Positions 45,294 to 55,860 of a DNA stretch of 64,000 nt are shown one piece after another. Made by a program: the position numbers and the translations under genes. Where the stretch lies: NCBI GenBank assembly GCA_049510745.1, contig JBEKYR010000014.1:50669-114668 (forward strand). Direction: 5' to 3'. Within the stretch, counting starts at the first letter, position 1; each line of letters begins with the position of its first letter. This stretch comes from Verrucomicrobiota bacterium. Its GTDB lineage: Bacteria > Verrucomicrobiota > Verrucomicrobiia > Limisphaerales > Palsa-1400. Under the pieces are notes generated by a model, which was given only the letters and a program-made list of their open reading frames with translations, was not told where the DNA came from and searched no databases.

Positions 45294-47216
45294 TCAGGCT
45301 TTATCCGTCACGGCTCCGGCCTCGGCCAGCTTGGTGGCGGCCTGCTCCCATTGCTCCCCCAGCTCCTTGAGGCGGCGGGTAATTTCCTGCCATTCCCGGT
45401 TCAGTTGCATCGCCCGGCCCCCCTTTTCGTAAGTGGCGGGGTTCTCCAATTCGGCGGCCAGTTCCTTGTGGCGGCCCTCCAATTGTTGAATCTCCTTTTC
45501 CAGTTGGGCCACCGTGGTTTCGTGGCTTTTCCGTTTCCGGTGGCGCGCCTGGCGCTCCTCGGCTTCCAGGCGCTTCTGCTCCTTGTTGCGGGCCTTGACC
45601 CCGGCGGCGGGCGCGGCGGCGGGGCGCACTGGCGCCGCCAACCCCGCCGTTTTTTCCAGGTAATAGGCGTATCCGCCGGTATAGTGCGTGAGCCGGCCGC
45701 CCTCGACCCTGACCACGTGGGTGCTGAGTTGCCGGATGAAATAAACATCGTGGCTGATGAAAATGAGCGTGCCCGAGTATTGTTGCAGAGCGCCGATCAG
45801 GGCCTCGATGCTCGCCAGGTCCAAATGGGTCGTCGGCTCGTCCATCAACAATAAATTCGGCGGGTCCAGCAACAATTTCACCAGGGCCAGCCGGCTTTTT
45901 TCCCCGCCGCTCAACACCGCGACCTTTTTGAACACGTCGTCGCCCCGAAACAAAAAGCATCCCAGCACCGTGCGGACGAATTCTTCCGTCACTCGTTGCG
46001 GCGTCCGCATCCCTTCTTCCAGGACGGTGCGGGCGGGATCGAGCATATCCAGCCGGTGCTGCGAGTAATAGCCGCTCCGGGCGTTGTGGCCCAACTCGCG
46101 CGCGCCCGCTTGCGGCGGCAGGACGCCCGCCAGGATTTTCAGCAGGGTCGATTTCCCGGCTCCGTTCGGCCCCACCAGGACGGTGCGCTGTCCGCGCTCG
46201 GCCTGGAAGTCGAGGCCGCGATAAATCACATTGTCCCCGTAGGCAAGGTGAACGCCCTTGAGCGCGATGACCTTCAAGCCGCTGCGCTGGGGCTGTGGAA
46301 ACTGGAAGTGGATTCTCTTTTCGTCGTCCGCCGGCGCCTCGATTTTTTCCATGCGCTCGATTTGCTTGAGCTTGCTTTGGGCCTGGGCGGCCTTGGTGTT
46401 TTTGGCGCGGAACCGCTCGACAAACTCCATCTTGTGCGCGATCTCGCGCTGCTGATTTTTGTAGGCGGCCAGTTGTTGGGCCTCCGCCGCCGCGCGCTGT
46501 TCGAGAGAGGCGTCGAAATTGCCGCGGTAACGGATGAGTTTGCGCTGGCGGATTTCGACGATGTGGGTCGTCAGTTCATTGAGAAAACTGCGGTCGTGCG
46601 AAATCATCAGGATGGCGCCCGGGTAGGCGCGCAAGTATTCCTGGAACCACTGCAACGATTCCAGATCGAGATGATTGGTCGGCTCGTCGAGCAGCAAGAG
46701 GTCCGATCCCTGCGTGAGCAGCCGCGCCAGGTGCGCCCGCATGACCCAGCCACCGCTCATTTCGCGCAAGGGGCGGTCAAAATCCTTTTCGCGGAAGCTC
46801 AACCCCGCCAGGATTCGTTTCGCCTTCGGTTCCAACTGGTATCCGCCCAGTTCATCGTAGCGGGCGTGGATATTCTGGTGATGGTCCGCCTCGGCCGGGT
46901 GGGCCGAGTCCCAGGCCTTGATCTTGCGGCGCAACTCGGCGATTTCCGGCGTGATGGCCACGGCCATTTCCAGCACCGTCCCGTCGCCCGCCGGGGCGCA
47001 CTCCTGCGGCAAATGTCCCACGGCGACATTTTTCTCCAGCGTAATCGCGCCCTTGTCCGGCGCCTCCTGTCCCAAGATAAGCGAAAACAAAGTGGATTTT
47101 CCGGCCCCATTCGGCCCGATCAACCCGACCCGATCGCTGCGATTGACCTGAAGCGACACCTCTTCAAACAACGTCCGCGGCCCGTAACTTTTGCTGACTT
47201 CCGAAATCGTAAGCAT
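45294..47216 (-). CDS. ABC-F family ATPase (ribosome-associated)
   Basis: Two GPNGAGKST Walker A motifs, two LLxDEPT motifs, no TM segments, C-terminal coiled coil. Confidence 0.93.
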   Translation of the reverse strand: MLTISEVSKSYGPRTLFEEVSLQVNRSDRVGLIGPNGAGKSTLFSLILGQEAPDKGAITLEKNVAVGHLPQECAPAGDGTVLEMAVAITPEIAELRRKIKAWDSAHPAEADHHQNIHARYDELGGYQLEPKAKRILAGLSFREKDFDRPLREMSGGWVMRAHLARLLTQGSDLLLLDEPTNHLDLESLQWFQEYLRAYPGAILMISHDRSFLNELTTHIVEIRQRKLIRYRGNFDASLEQRAAAEAQQLAAYKNQQREIAHKMEFVERFRAKNTKAAQAQSKLKQIERMEKIEAPADDEKRIHFQFPQPQRSGLKVIALKGVHLAYGDNVIYRGLDFQAERGQRTVLVGPNGAGKSTLLKILAGVLPPQAGARELGHNARSGYYSQHRLDMLDPARTVLEEGMRTPQRVTEEFVRTVLGCFLFRGDDVFKKVAVLSGGEKSRLALVKLLLDPPNLLLMDEPTTHLDLASIEALIGALQQYSGTLIFISHDVYFIRQLSTHVVRVEGGRLTHYTGGYAYYLEKTAGLAAPVRPAAAPAAGVKARNKEQKRLEAEERQARHRKRKSHETTVAQLEKEIQQLEGRHKELAAELENPATYEKGGRAMQLNREWQEITRRLKELGEQWEQAATKLAEAGAVTDKA

Positions 47217-47250
47217 GAAGCCTCCAGCATAAGCGGCCCCGCCTGGCGCT

Positions 47251-48171
47251 TCAAGTGGCGCGAACGAGGACCAAAAACACCGCTCCCGCCACCGCGATGA
47301 GGCCGCCGATGAGCGAGCGGCGATGGACGGTTTCCCCCTCGAAAAGACGGGCAAAAGGAATCACGACCAGCGGAGTTGTGGCCACAATAGCGAGCACCAG
47401 GCCCGTGGGCGTCGTGCGCAGCGCCCATTGATAGCAGGTCACTCCCAGGGTTTGTCCGAAGATGCCGTTGAGCAGCACCCACAACCAGGCGCGCCGCCAT
47501 TTCTCCAGTCCGGGAAGGCGGGCCGAGGCGGGATCGGACACTTGCGCGGCGACCTCGCGGCGTTTGACCACCAGGAGACAGATCGCGGCGACAAATAATC
47601 CCCCGATCAACCGCTGATAGGCGGCCGTGGCGCCGTCGATGTCTTGTCCGGCCGCCTTTGCCACCGCGTAGGCTTTGCGGCTGAGGACGGCGCCGGAGCC
47701 GTTGCCGAAGGCGGCCAGCAGGCTGTGACAAATTCCCGCGGCCAGCACGCCGCGTCTGATGTTCAAATGCCGCCCCGGCGCCAGCGCCACCGCCACGCCG
47801 GCCAGGATGGTGGCGCAGGCGGCGATTTGCCACACGGTCAGTTTCGTCCCCAGCCAGAGCCATTCCAGCGTCGCGGCGGAGAGCGCGGAAAAACATTGAA
47901 TGATCAGCAGCGACAGGCGCGACCCGATGCGCGGCAGGGCTTGAAAGAGAAAGACATCCGCGCCCACGCCAATGACGCCGCTGATGAGAAACCAGGGAAA
48001 GGAGTTGCCGGACAACCCCTGGCCAAAGGTGTGCGCCCAGATGGCCAGCAAACCCGTGGCCAACGCCAGGCGCCAGAAATTGGCTTCCGTGCCCCCCAGC
48101 AGCTTGGCCGATTGCGTCGCGCAAACGACCGAAATGGAGAACAGAATGGTGGTTAAAATCGCCGCCAGCAC
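47251..48171 (-). CDS. DMT/EamA family transporter
   Basis: About 10 TM helices in two repeats; FEGETV...LIGGLIAVAG C-terminus. Confidence 0.82.
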   Translation of the reverse strand: MLAAILTTILFSISVVCATQSAKLLGGTEANFWRLALATGLLAIWAHTFGQGLSGNSFPWFLISGVIGVGADVFLFQALPRIGSRLSLLIIQCFSALSAATLEWLWLGTKLTVWQIAACATILAGVAVALAPGRHLNIRRGVLAAGICHSLLAAFGNGSGAVLSRKAYAVAKAAGQDIDGATAAYQRLIGGLFVAAICLLVVKRREVAAQVSDPASARLPGLEKWRRAWLWVLLNGIFGQTLGVTCYQWALRTTPTGLVLAIVATTPLVVIPFARLFEGETVHRRSLIGGLIAVAGAVFLVLVRAT

Positions 48172-48234
48172 GCGCGGGATGATTGACGATTGGCCTCGGC
48201 CACTTCAAGGCTTATCGCCCGGCTGGGTCGGCTC

Positions 48235-48529
48235 GGGCGCATCTCTTGTGAAGCTGTTCGAGCAGCCGGTTCCGTAAATGGAACGAGGAAATTCCAATGG
48301 TTTGGGACGAATACGAAATTTAGCATACCCGCATTGCGGCTTTTAATGCGGGGAGTCTCAATTCTTAATTCGTCGAAATCCATGGTGATGCTTTCACTCT
48401 GTTCACCAAATGGCGCCTGTCGCCGCGCCCTGATTTCCGCCGGTGAGATGCCGGCGGAAGGGACCGATCCCGCCTGTGCGCTGCGGCGGCGTCCCGGCCT
48501 GGGGATTGTCCAAAAACTGCGATGCGCCC
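48235..48529. mobile_element. MITE-like element, copy B
   Basis: Perfect 9-bp inverted ends GGGCGCATC / GATGCGCCC. Positions 48320-48419 are an inverted, highly similar copy of about 19061-19163. No clear target duplication. Confidence 0.7.
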
Positions 48530-48598
48530 GCGGGAAAAACGAGCCGAAATCGGCGCTGGATTATTCCGGGGAGGGTCTTAAACTTGCGCGAAAATTCT

Positions 48599-49003
48599 AT
48601 GACGATCCAGGTGGCGGTTTTGTGCGACGCGGCAACGGATTACAACGGCAAACTCAATCTGCTGGGAACGTTTGACACGATCTACTCCCCGGTCATGCCC
48701 GCCCAGCATCCGCAATGTTCCATCGCCGTGCGGATCGCTTTTGAGCGGATGGAGGAAGGCCCGCATTTGCTGGAGGTGGGGTTTGTCGATGAAGACGGCC
48801 AGCCGATCATGCGGGGCATGAAGCTGCCGGGGGAAGTGGTGTTTCCGCCCGAGGCCACCTTTGTTTCCCGCAATTTCATTGTCAATATCCAGCAAATGGT
48901 CTTTGCCAAGGCGGGGCTTTATTCGGTCAATCTGGCGCTGGACGGCCGTTCGCTCACCAGCATTCCGCTGGCGGTCAAAGAGATGGAGCAGAAGTCTCAC
49001 TGA
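48599..49003 (+). CDS. Conserved hypothetical beta-sandwich protein (DUF6941-like)
   Basis: LCDAATDYNGKLNLLGTFD N-terminal pattern; host-like codon usage. Confidence 0.65.
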   Translation: MTIQVAVLCDAATDYNGKLNLLGTFDTIYSPVMPAQHPQCSIAVRIAFERMEEGPHLLEVGFVDEDGQPIMRGMKLPGEVVFPPEATFVSRNFIVNIQQMVFAKAGLYSVNLALDGRSLTSIPLAVKEMEQKSH

Positions 49004-49023
49004 AGAGGCCGTCGATTGCCCCC

Positions 49024-50052
49024 ATGTTCTCCGATTTTCCAGAGCAAACGAAGGTCGCGCAATTGCTCCAACGCAGCCTGGAGCGCAATCGCCTGGCCCA
49101 CGCTTACCTGTTCACCGGCCACGCGCTGGACGAATTGGAGGCGATGGCCCGCACGCTGGCCAAGACTCTCAATTGCCTCTCGCCAACCCGCCGCTCCGCG
49201 CGCGGCCTGCCGCTGGATTGTTGCGACCGGTGCGACAGTTGCCGCCGCATCGACCAAGCCAATCATCCCGATGTCCTCTTTCTCCGCCCGGAATCGAAAT
49301 CGCGCCTCATCACCATCGAGCAAGTGCGCGAGTTGATGCGCGCGGTGAATCTCAAGCCGTCGGCGGCGCAGTATAAAGTCGGCGTGATCGTGGCTGCCGA
49401 CCGTTTGACCGTCCAGGCGGCCAACGCGTTCTTGAAGACTCTGGAGGAGCCGCCCGCCAAGTCCATCTTGATCCTCCTGTCCACCGAGCCGGAACGGATT
49501 CTGGAGACGATCCTGTCGCGGTGTTTGCGCCTTTGTTTTGCCGGCGAACGCCTTCATTTCGACGCCGGGCAAACCGGCTGGCTGGCCGGATTCAGCAGCG
49601 TGGCCGCGGGCGGAGCGGGCGGTCTGCTGGGGCGTTACCGGTTGCTGGGGTTGATCTTGAAGAAGCTCGGCGAACAACGGGCCGAGATTGAGAAGGCGCT
49701 GGGCGCTCTCTCCCCGCTGGAACGTTACGACGACCTGGACCCCGGGATGCGGGATAAACTGGAGGACGAATTGGCGGCGGCCATCGAGGCCGAATACCGG
49801 CGGCAACGGACGGATTTGATCGGCGTCTTGCATTGGTGGTTGCGCGATGTCTGGCTCCAATCCTTGGCGCTGGGGACCGAGATGGTTTCGTTCCCGAGTC
49901 TGGCGCCGGCGGCGCAAGCGGTGGCGCGGCGGATTTCTCCCGCGGAGGCGCGTTCCAACCTCGAGGAGGTGGATCGCCTGCAACGGCAACTCCACACCAA
50001 TGTGCAAGAGGCCCTGGCGCTGGAGGTCGGCTTGCTCAAACTCAAATTGTAG
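49024..50052 (+). CDS. holB: DNA polymerase III delta' subunit
   Basis: LAHAYLF, Zn module, HPDV, AANAFLKTLEEPP, TILSRC. Confidence 0.93.
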   Translation: MFSDFPEQTKVAQLLQRSLERNRLAHAYLFTGHALDELEAMARTLAKTLNCLSPTRRSARGLPLDCCDRCDSCRRIDQANHPDVLFLRPESKSRLITIEQVRELMRAVNLKPSAAQYKVGVIVAADRLTVQAANAFLKTLEEPPAKSILILLSTEPERILETILSRCLRLCFAGERLHFDAGQTGWLAGFSSVAAGGAGGLLGRYRLLGLILKKLGEQRAEIEKALGALSPLERYDDLDPGMRDKLEDELAAAIEAEYRRQRTDLIGVLHWWLRDVWLQSLALGTEMVSFPSLAPAAQAVARRISPAEARSNLEEVDRLQRQLHTNVQEALALEVGLLKLKL

Positions 50053-50066
50053 CCTGCTTCCAAGCC

Positions 50067-51407
50067 ATGCCACCCAAGCAGAAATCCCTTCCCGAAGGCC
50101 AGTGCGCCTCGCTGGCTTTTGCGGTGGTGGCGGGGGTGTTCTTTTTCATCACCATCATCAAGTTTGGGGACCCGGTCATCCTGGACTACAATTTGCCACC
50201 CCCACACGACATGGCGGAAACCTTTTTCGGATCGTGGCCGTCGCGGTGGGGGCCGTGGCTGGTGGCGCCGCTTGTGGCAGCGGGACTCTTTGCCGTGCCT
50301 TGGAATCGGCTCAGAGGCCATTGGACTTTGGCCTTGCCGGCCATTTGGCTGGGATGGGAGCTTTTGGCAGCCACGCAGACCGTCAGGCCCGTGTTGACTT
50401 CTGTAACCCTGAAGCACTTTGCCGCTTGCGTCGTTTTGTTCTACGTTGGATTCTTTGCGCTCAACCGCGGCTCCCAGACCTGGCCGGTTTGGACCGGGAT
50501 GGCGCTGGCGTTGTGTTGGGTTATCCGCGCTGGCTTTGAGCAGCATTTCGGTGGGTTGGAAGCGACGCGAAAGCTGATTTATTCCGGGCATCATATTCCG
50601 GAGTTCACGGCGCAAATGCTCCAGAACCCCGAATTCCAAAAGAGGATCGCCAGCAACCGCATTTATTCGACGTTTGTCTATGCCAACGCCCTGGCGGGCG
50701 GACTGGTGCTGCTGTTGCCGTTAACGTTAGTGTTCCTCTGGCGGCTGACCCCGAAAGTCCGGCTGAGTGTGCGGCTCGCCTTTGTCGCGATTCTCGGTGG
50801 ATGCGGCCTGGCTTGCTTGTATTGGTCTGGATCAAAGGCGGGTTGGCTGGTGGCGTTGACGGTCGGATTGGTTGCCTTGGGTCATTCGGCCCTGCCATTG
50901 AAATGGAAGCGATGGTTGATTGGCGGCGTGCTGATTGTCGGCATGGCCGGTTTCGCCGTCAAATACGCCGCCTTTTTTCAGAAGGAAAGAAACAGTGTGA
51001 GTGCGCGTTTTGGCTACTGGCGGGCCGCAGGCATCATCATTAAAACACACCCATTGCTTGGAACAGGACCGGGCACATTTCAAGTTCCCTACGAGCGAAT
51101 CAAACGCCCGACCGACGAGATGGCGCGTTTGGCACACAACGATTACTTGGAACAAGCCTGTGATTCCGGGGTGCCCGGAATGATATGTTACGTTGGGATG
51201 ATTATCGCATTGTTGTATCAACTGTATCGATATAGTGCAACAAAACCCCCGTTCGATTGGTTGCAATTGGGGATTTGGCTTGGCCTGTTCGGGTTGTGCC
51301 TGCACAGCATGGTCGAGTTTCATCTTTACATTCCCGCGCTGGCGTGGCCGATGTTTTTCTTGTTTGGCTGGCTACTGAAATCGCAGATTAACGATAAAGT
51401 TCCATGA
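50067..51407 (+). CDS. O-antigen ligase (WaaL/Wzy_C) family membrane protein
   Basis: RIYSTFVYANALAG, SGSKAG, HPLLGTGPGTF, AHNDYLE. Confidence 0.85.
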   Translation: MPPKQKSLPEGQCASLAFAVVAGVFFFITIIKFGDPVILDYNLPPPHDMAETFFGSWPSRWGPWLVAPLVAAGLFAVPWNRLRGHWTLALPAIWLGWELLAATQTVRPVLTSVTLKHFAACVVLFYVGFFALNRGSQTWPVWTGMALALCWVIRAGFEQHFGGLEATRKLIYSGHHIPEFTAQMLQNPEFQKRIASNRIYSTFVYANALAGGLVLLLPLTLVFLWRLTPKVRLSVRLAFVAILGGCGLACLYWSGSKAGWLVALTVGLVALGHSALPLKWKRWLIGGVLIVGMAGFAVKYAAFFQKERNSVSARFGYWRAAGIIIKTHPLLGTGPGTFQVPYERIKRPTDEMARLAHNDYLEQACDSGVPGMICYVGMIIALLYQLYRYSATKPPFDWLQLGIWLGLFGLCLHSMVEFHLYIPALAWPMFFLFGWLLKSQINDKVP

Positions 51408-51475
51408 ATAACCGTGTTTTGATAAGGAAAACAGGGTTTTTTCATATTTCTATTTCAAGAACCTTATTTTAGAGC

Positions 51476-51504
51476 TTGACGCAGTGTGTTCAACCCCTTA
51501 GACT
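51476..51504 (+). promoter_or_regulatory. Sigma70-type promoter for accBC
   Basis: TTGACG-17-TAGACT with AT-rich upstream DNA. Confidence 0.65.
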
Positions 51505-51624
51505 CCGCCCGCAAGTTAAAAAACGATATAAAAAGCAGTGTCGATTCGACATCTGCTTTTTTGCTTCAATAATCATGTGGAATAACTGCGACGGCAAAAA
51601 CCCAATACTCCGACTGGAGGCAGC

Positions 51625-52098
51625 GTGGACCTGAAAGACATTAAGGCCATCATTGACTTGATGCGGAAGAATTCCCTGTCGGAATTCGAATTGGAGAAAC
51701 AGGACTTCAAGATCAAACTTAAACGAGCGGTGAGCGGGCCGGCGATGCCAGCGGAAGAACCGGCCGCGCTCCCGTATGCGGGGCCGGCTTCGGCGGTGGC
51801 GCCGCCGGGCTTGCCGGCTCCGGCACCCGTCCCGGTTCTCGCGCCCCCTGTTGTACCGCTCCTGGAGATCAAATCCCCGATGATTGGCACCTTCTACCGG
51901 GCGCCGTCGCCGGAATCGGCTGATTACGTGGAAATGGGCACGGAGGTGACTCCGGAGACCGTCGTCTGCCTGATCGAGGCCATGAAAGTGATGAACGAGA
52001 TCAAGGCCGAGGTCAAAGGCGTCGTGACACATATCCTGGTCGAGAACGCCAAGCCCGTCGAGTTTGGCCAGCCCTTGTTTCGCATCCGGCCGACCTAG
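51625..52098 (+). CDS. accB: Acetyl-CoA carboxylase biotin carboxyl carrier protein
   Basis: SPMIGTFY and the EAMKVMNEI biotinylation motif. Confidence 0.96.
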   Translation: MDLKDIKAIIDLMRKNSLSEFELEKQDFKIKLKRAVSGPAMPAEEPAALPYAGPASAVAPPGLPAPAPVPVLAPPVVPLLEIKSPMIGTFYRAPSPESADYVEMGTEVTPETVVCLIEAMKVMNEIKAEVKGVVTHILVENAKPVEFGQPLFRIRPT

Positions 52099-52121
52099 TC
52101 GGACGGGACAGGCCCTGACGC

Positions 52122-53495
<1,374 letters not shown>

Positions 53496-53516
53496 CCGCC
53501 CGCCGGGCCGTTCCGC

Positions 53517-54158
53517 GTGAAACCGCTCGCCCAGTGCCGGCTCTATGCCTTTATTGACACGGCCTTTTTGCGCGGGCGCGACGCGGCGGGCGTCGCCCGC
53601 CAGCTTTGCGCGGGCGGGTCGGACCTGGTGCAACTGCGCGCCAAGCATTCCACTCCCGCCGAAATCCGGCGCCTGGCCGGAGAAATCCTTCCCATCTTCC
53701 GCGACGCGGGCGTTGGATTGGTCATCAACGACCACTATGACCTCGCCAGCGAACTTGGGGCAGATTTGTGCCATTTGGGCCAGGAGGATTTTTTCGGGGC
53801 CGGTTGGACGAGCGTGGCCCAGTTGGCCGGTCTGCCGTCCGCGCCCGGGGTGGGCTTGAGCACGCATTCTCCCGATCAGGCGTGGCGGGCGATGGAGGCG
53901 GGGCCGGCCTACATTGCCATCGGACCGGTCTATGCCACGGGCACCAAGCCCGGCGTCAAGCCGGTCACGCTGGAATACGTGCGGTGGGCGGCCGCCCACG
54001 TGAAAATGCCGTGGTTCGCCATCGGTGGAATCGATTTGGGCAATCTGGATGCCGTGCTGGCGGCGGGAGCGCAACGGGTTTGCGCCGTGTCCGCGATTCT
54101 CAACGCTCCGGACATCGCCGGGGCCTGCCGGCAATTCAGAAAGCGGCTGCCGGACTGA
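53517..54158 (+). CDS. thiE: Thiamine-phosphate synthase
   Basis: VQLRAK, VINDH, HLGQED, GLSTHS, GPVYATGTK, FAIGGI. Confidence 0.92.
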   Translation: MKPLAQCRLYAFIDTAFLRGRDAAGVARQLCAGGSDLVQLRAKHSTPAEIRRLAGEILPIFRDAGVGLVINDHYDLASELGADLCHLGQEDFFGAGWTSVAQLAGLPSAPGVGLSTHSPDQAWRAMEAGPAYIAIGPVYATGTKPGVKPVTLEYVRWAAAHVKMPWFAIGGIDLGNLDAVLAAGAQRVCAVSAILNAPDIAGACRQFRKRLPD

Positions 54159-54321
54159 GGGTTCGCAATCCATAATTCGTTCACAACATGAACCTGCTGC
54201 GCGATGCGGGAAGAAGACGATAATAGACGGTGATGCGGGACCCGTTTACAAACCACTATTCCGATTTCCGGGCTGTCCATTTTAACTTTCCTCCCGCCGC
54301 GCTTTGCGCTATTAAAACGGT

Positions 54322-55137
54322 GTGTATCTCGAGTATTACGGGCTGAAGGAACCGCCCTTTAATATCACGCCGAACCCGCGGTTCCTGTTTTTCAGCGCCA
54401 AACATCGCGAGGCCTTTAATCATCTCCTCTATGGCGTTCGCGAGCGCAAGGGGTTTGTCCAGTTGACCGGCGAGGTCGGCGCGGGCAAGACCACCCTCTG
54501 CCGCGCCTTGCTCGAACAGTTGGGGCCGGGCTTTTCCACCGCCCTGATTCTCAACCCCGTCATGGACGCCGATCAACTGATGAAGGCCATCGCCATGGAG
54601 CTGCATCTGCACGTCAAGGGACTCGACCGCCTGGAAACCGTCGCCGAAATCAACCGCTTTTTGCTGCAACAGGTCGAGCGCCACAAGGACACCGTCCTGA
54701 TTATTGACGAAGCGCAGGATTTGACGCCCGAGCTGCTCGAGCAGGTGCGGTTGTTGTCCAATCTCGAAACCGATGAGCGCAAGCTGCTGCAAATTGTGCT
54801 GCTGGGCCAGCCGGAGCTGCGCGACCGGCTCAACGATCACAGCCTGCGCCAGTTGCGCCAGCGCATCACCATCCGCTTCCATTTGAATCCGCTCCGCCGC
54901 GGTGAAATCGGGCAATACATCCAGCATCGGCTGCAAGTGGCCGGGGCCAACGGCGCGCCCTATTTCACGCCGGCGGCGTTGTGGCGCATTTACCGATACA
55001 GCGGGGGGATTCCGCGCTTGATCAACGCGGCGTGCGACAAGTGTCTTTTAGCGGGATTCGTCGAGCAACGGGACAGCATTGATTTCCGCATGGTCGGCCG
55101 CGCGGTGCGCGAGTTGGAAGGGCAGATCGACTTATGA
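54322..55137 (+). CDS. ExeA/GspA family AAA ATPase
   Basis: YYGLKEPPFNITPNPRF, GEVGAGKTT, IIDEAQ, LLGQPEL. Confidence 0.9.
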   Translation: MYLEYYGLKEPPFNITPNPRFLFFSAKHREAFNHLLYGVRERKGFVQLTGEVGAGKTTLCRALLEQLGPGFSTALILNPVMDADQLMKAIAMELHLHVKGLDRLETVAEINRFLLQQVERHKDTVLIIDEAQDLTPELLEQVRLLSNLETDERKLLQIVLLGQPELRDRLNDHSLRQLRQRITIRFHLNPLRRGEIGQYIQHRLQVAGANGAPYFTPAALWRIYRYSGGIPRLINAACDKCLLAGFVEQRDSIDFRMVGRAVRELEGQIDL

Positions 55138-55775
55138 GCCTGATCAATGACGCCCTCAGACGCGCCAGCCAGGCGGACAGAAACCGGCCCAGCCAAGCCG
55201 CCCTGCCGCGGCCCATGCTTCCGGCGGACGCCGGGCGCAACGCGCAGATTTCGTGGGTTTTGCCGGGCATCGTGGCCGTGGCCCTGGCCTTGGCGGGATT
55301 GTTTTTCTGGAAATGGTGGGAGGCGAGCCATCCAATTGTCGCGGCAAACCCGGCCTTGGCCCCTGCGTCGGCCCTCAAAGTCGTGGCGGCGCCCGCGCCG
55401 CCGCCAGCGCCCGCGGCCGTCGCGCGCGAAACCACTCCGCCTCCGCCAACACCTGTTGCCACGCCGGCCGCAAAACCAGGGGAGGCGACCCAAGCCATAC
55501 TGTCATATGACAGGATGACAGCAGCCACGGCACCGGCAAACGCAAAACCAGCGGAGGCAATCCCGACCGCTGCGAGCGTCGAGGCAGCCTGGCCAACGGA
55601 ATTGACGTTGAAGGGGATTTTCTATAGTAAAGCAAACCCGCGTGCATTGATTAACGGAAAAACGGTCGGGCCGGGCGAGAGCGTCGGCGGGGTGCTGGTG
55701 GCCAGAATTGAGATGGACCGGGTGATTGTGGAATGGAACGGGCAGACGAAGAACCTGATGCTCGATGGGCAATAA
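55134..55775 (+). CDS. GspB/ExeB-like bitopic protein
   Basis: MSLINDALRRA N-terminus, TM, Pro/Ala linker, C-terminal LKGIFYS...ALING domain. Coupled to exeA. Confidence 0.72.
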   Translation: MSLINDALRRASQADRNRPSQAALPRPMLPADAGRNAQISWVLPGIVAVALALAGLFFWKWWEASHPIVAANPALAPASALKVVAAPAPPPAPAAVARETTPPPPTPVATPAAKPGEATQAILSYDRMTAATAPANAKPAEAIPTAASVEAAWPTELTLKGIFYSKANPRALINGKTVGPGESVGGVLVARIEMDRVIVEWNGQTKNLMLDGQ

Positions 55776-55776
55776 A

Positions 55777-55827
55777 GGTAGGGCCGCGCTGCCGCGCGGC
55801 CAGGACGCGGAGCACCGCGTCCCTACC
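55777..55827. repeat. Inverted pair of GTAG-type REP units (REPIN-like)
   Basis: GTAG+GGCCGCGC-TGCC-GCGCGGCC on plus and GTAG+GGACGCGG-TGCT-CCGCGTCC on minus. Confidence 0.7.
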
Positions 55828-55860
55828 ACATTTGGGACGGAACGGAGCAAGTTAATTTTT

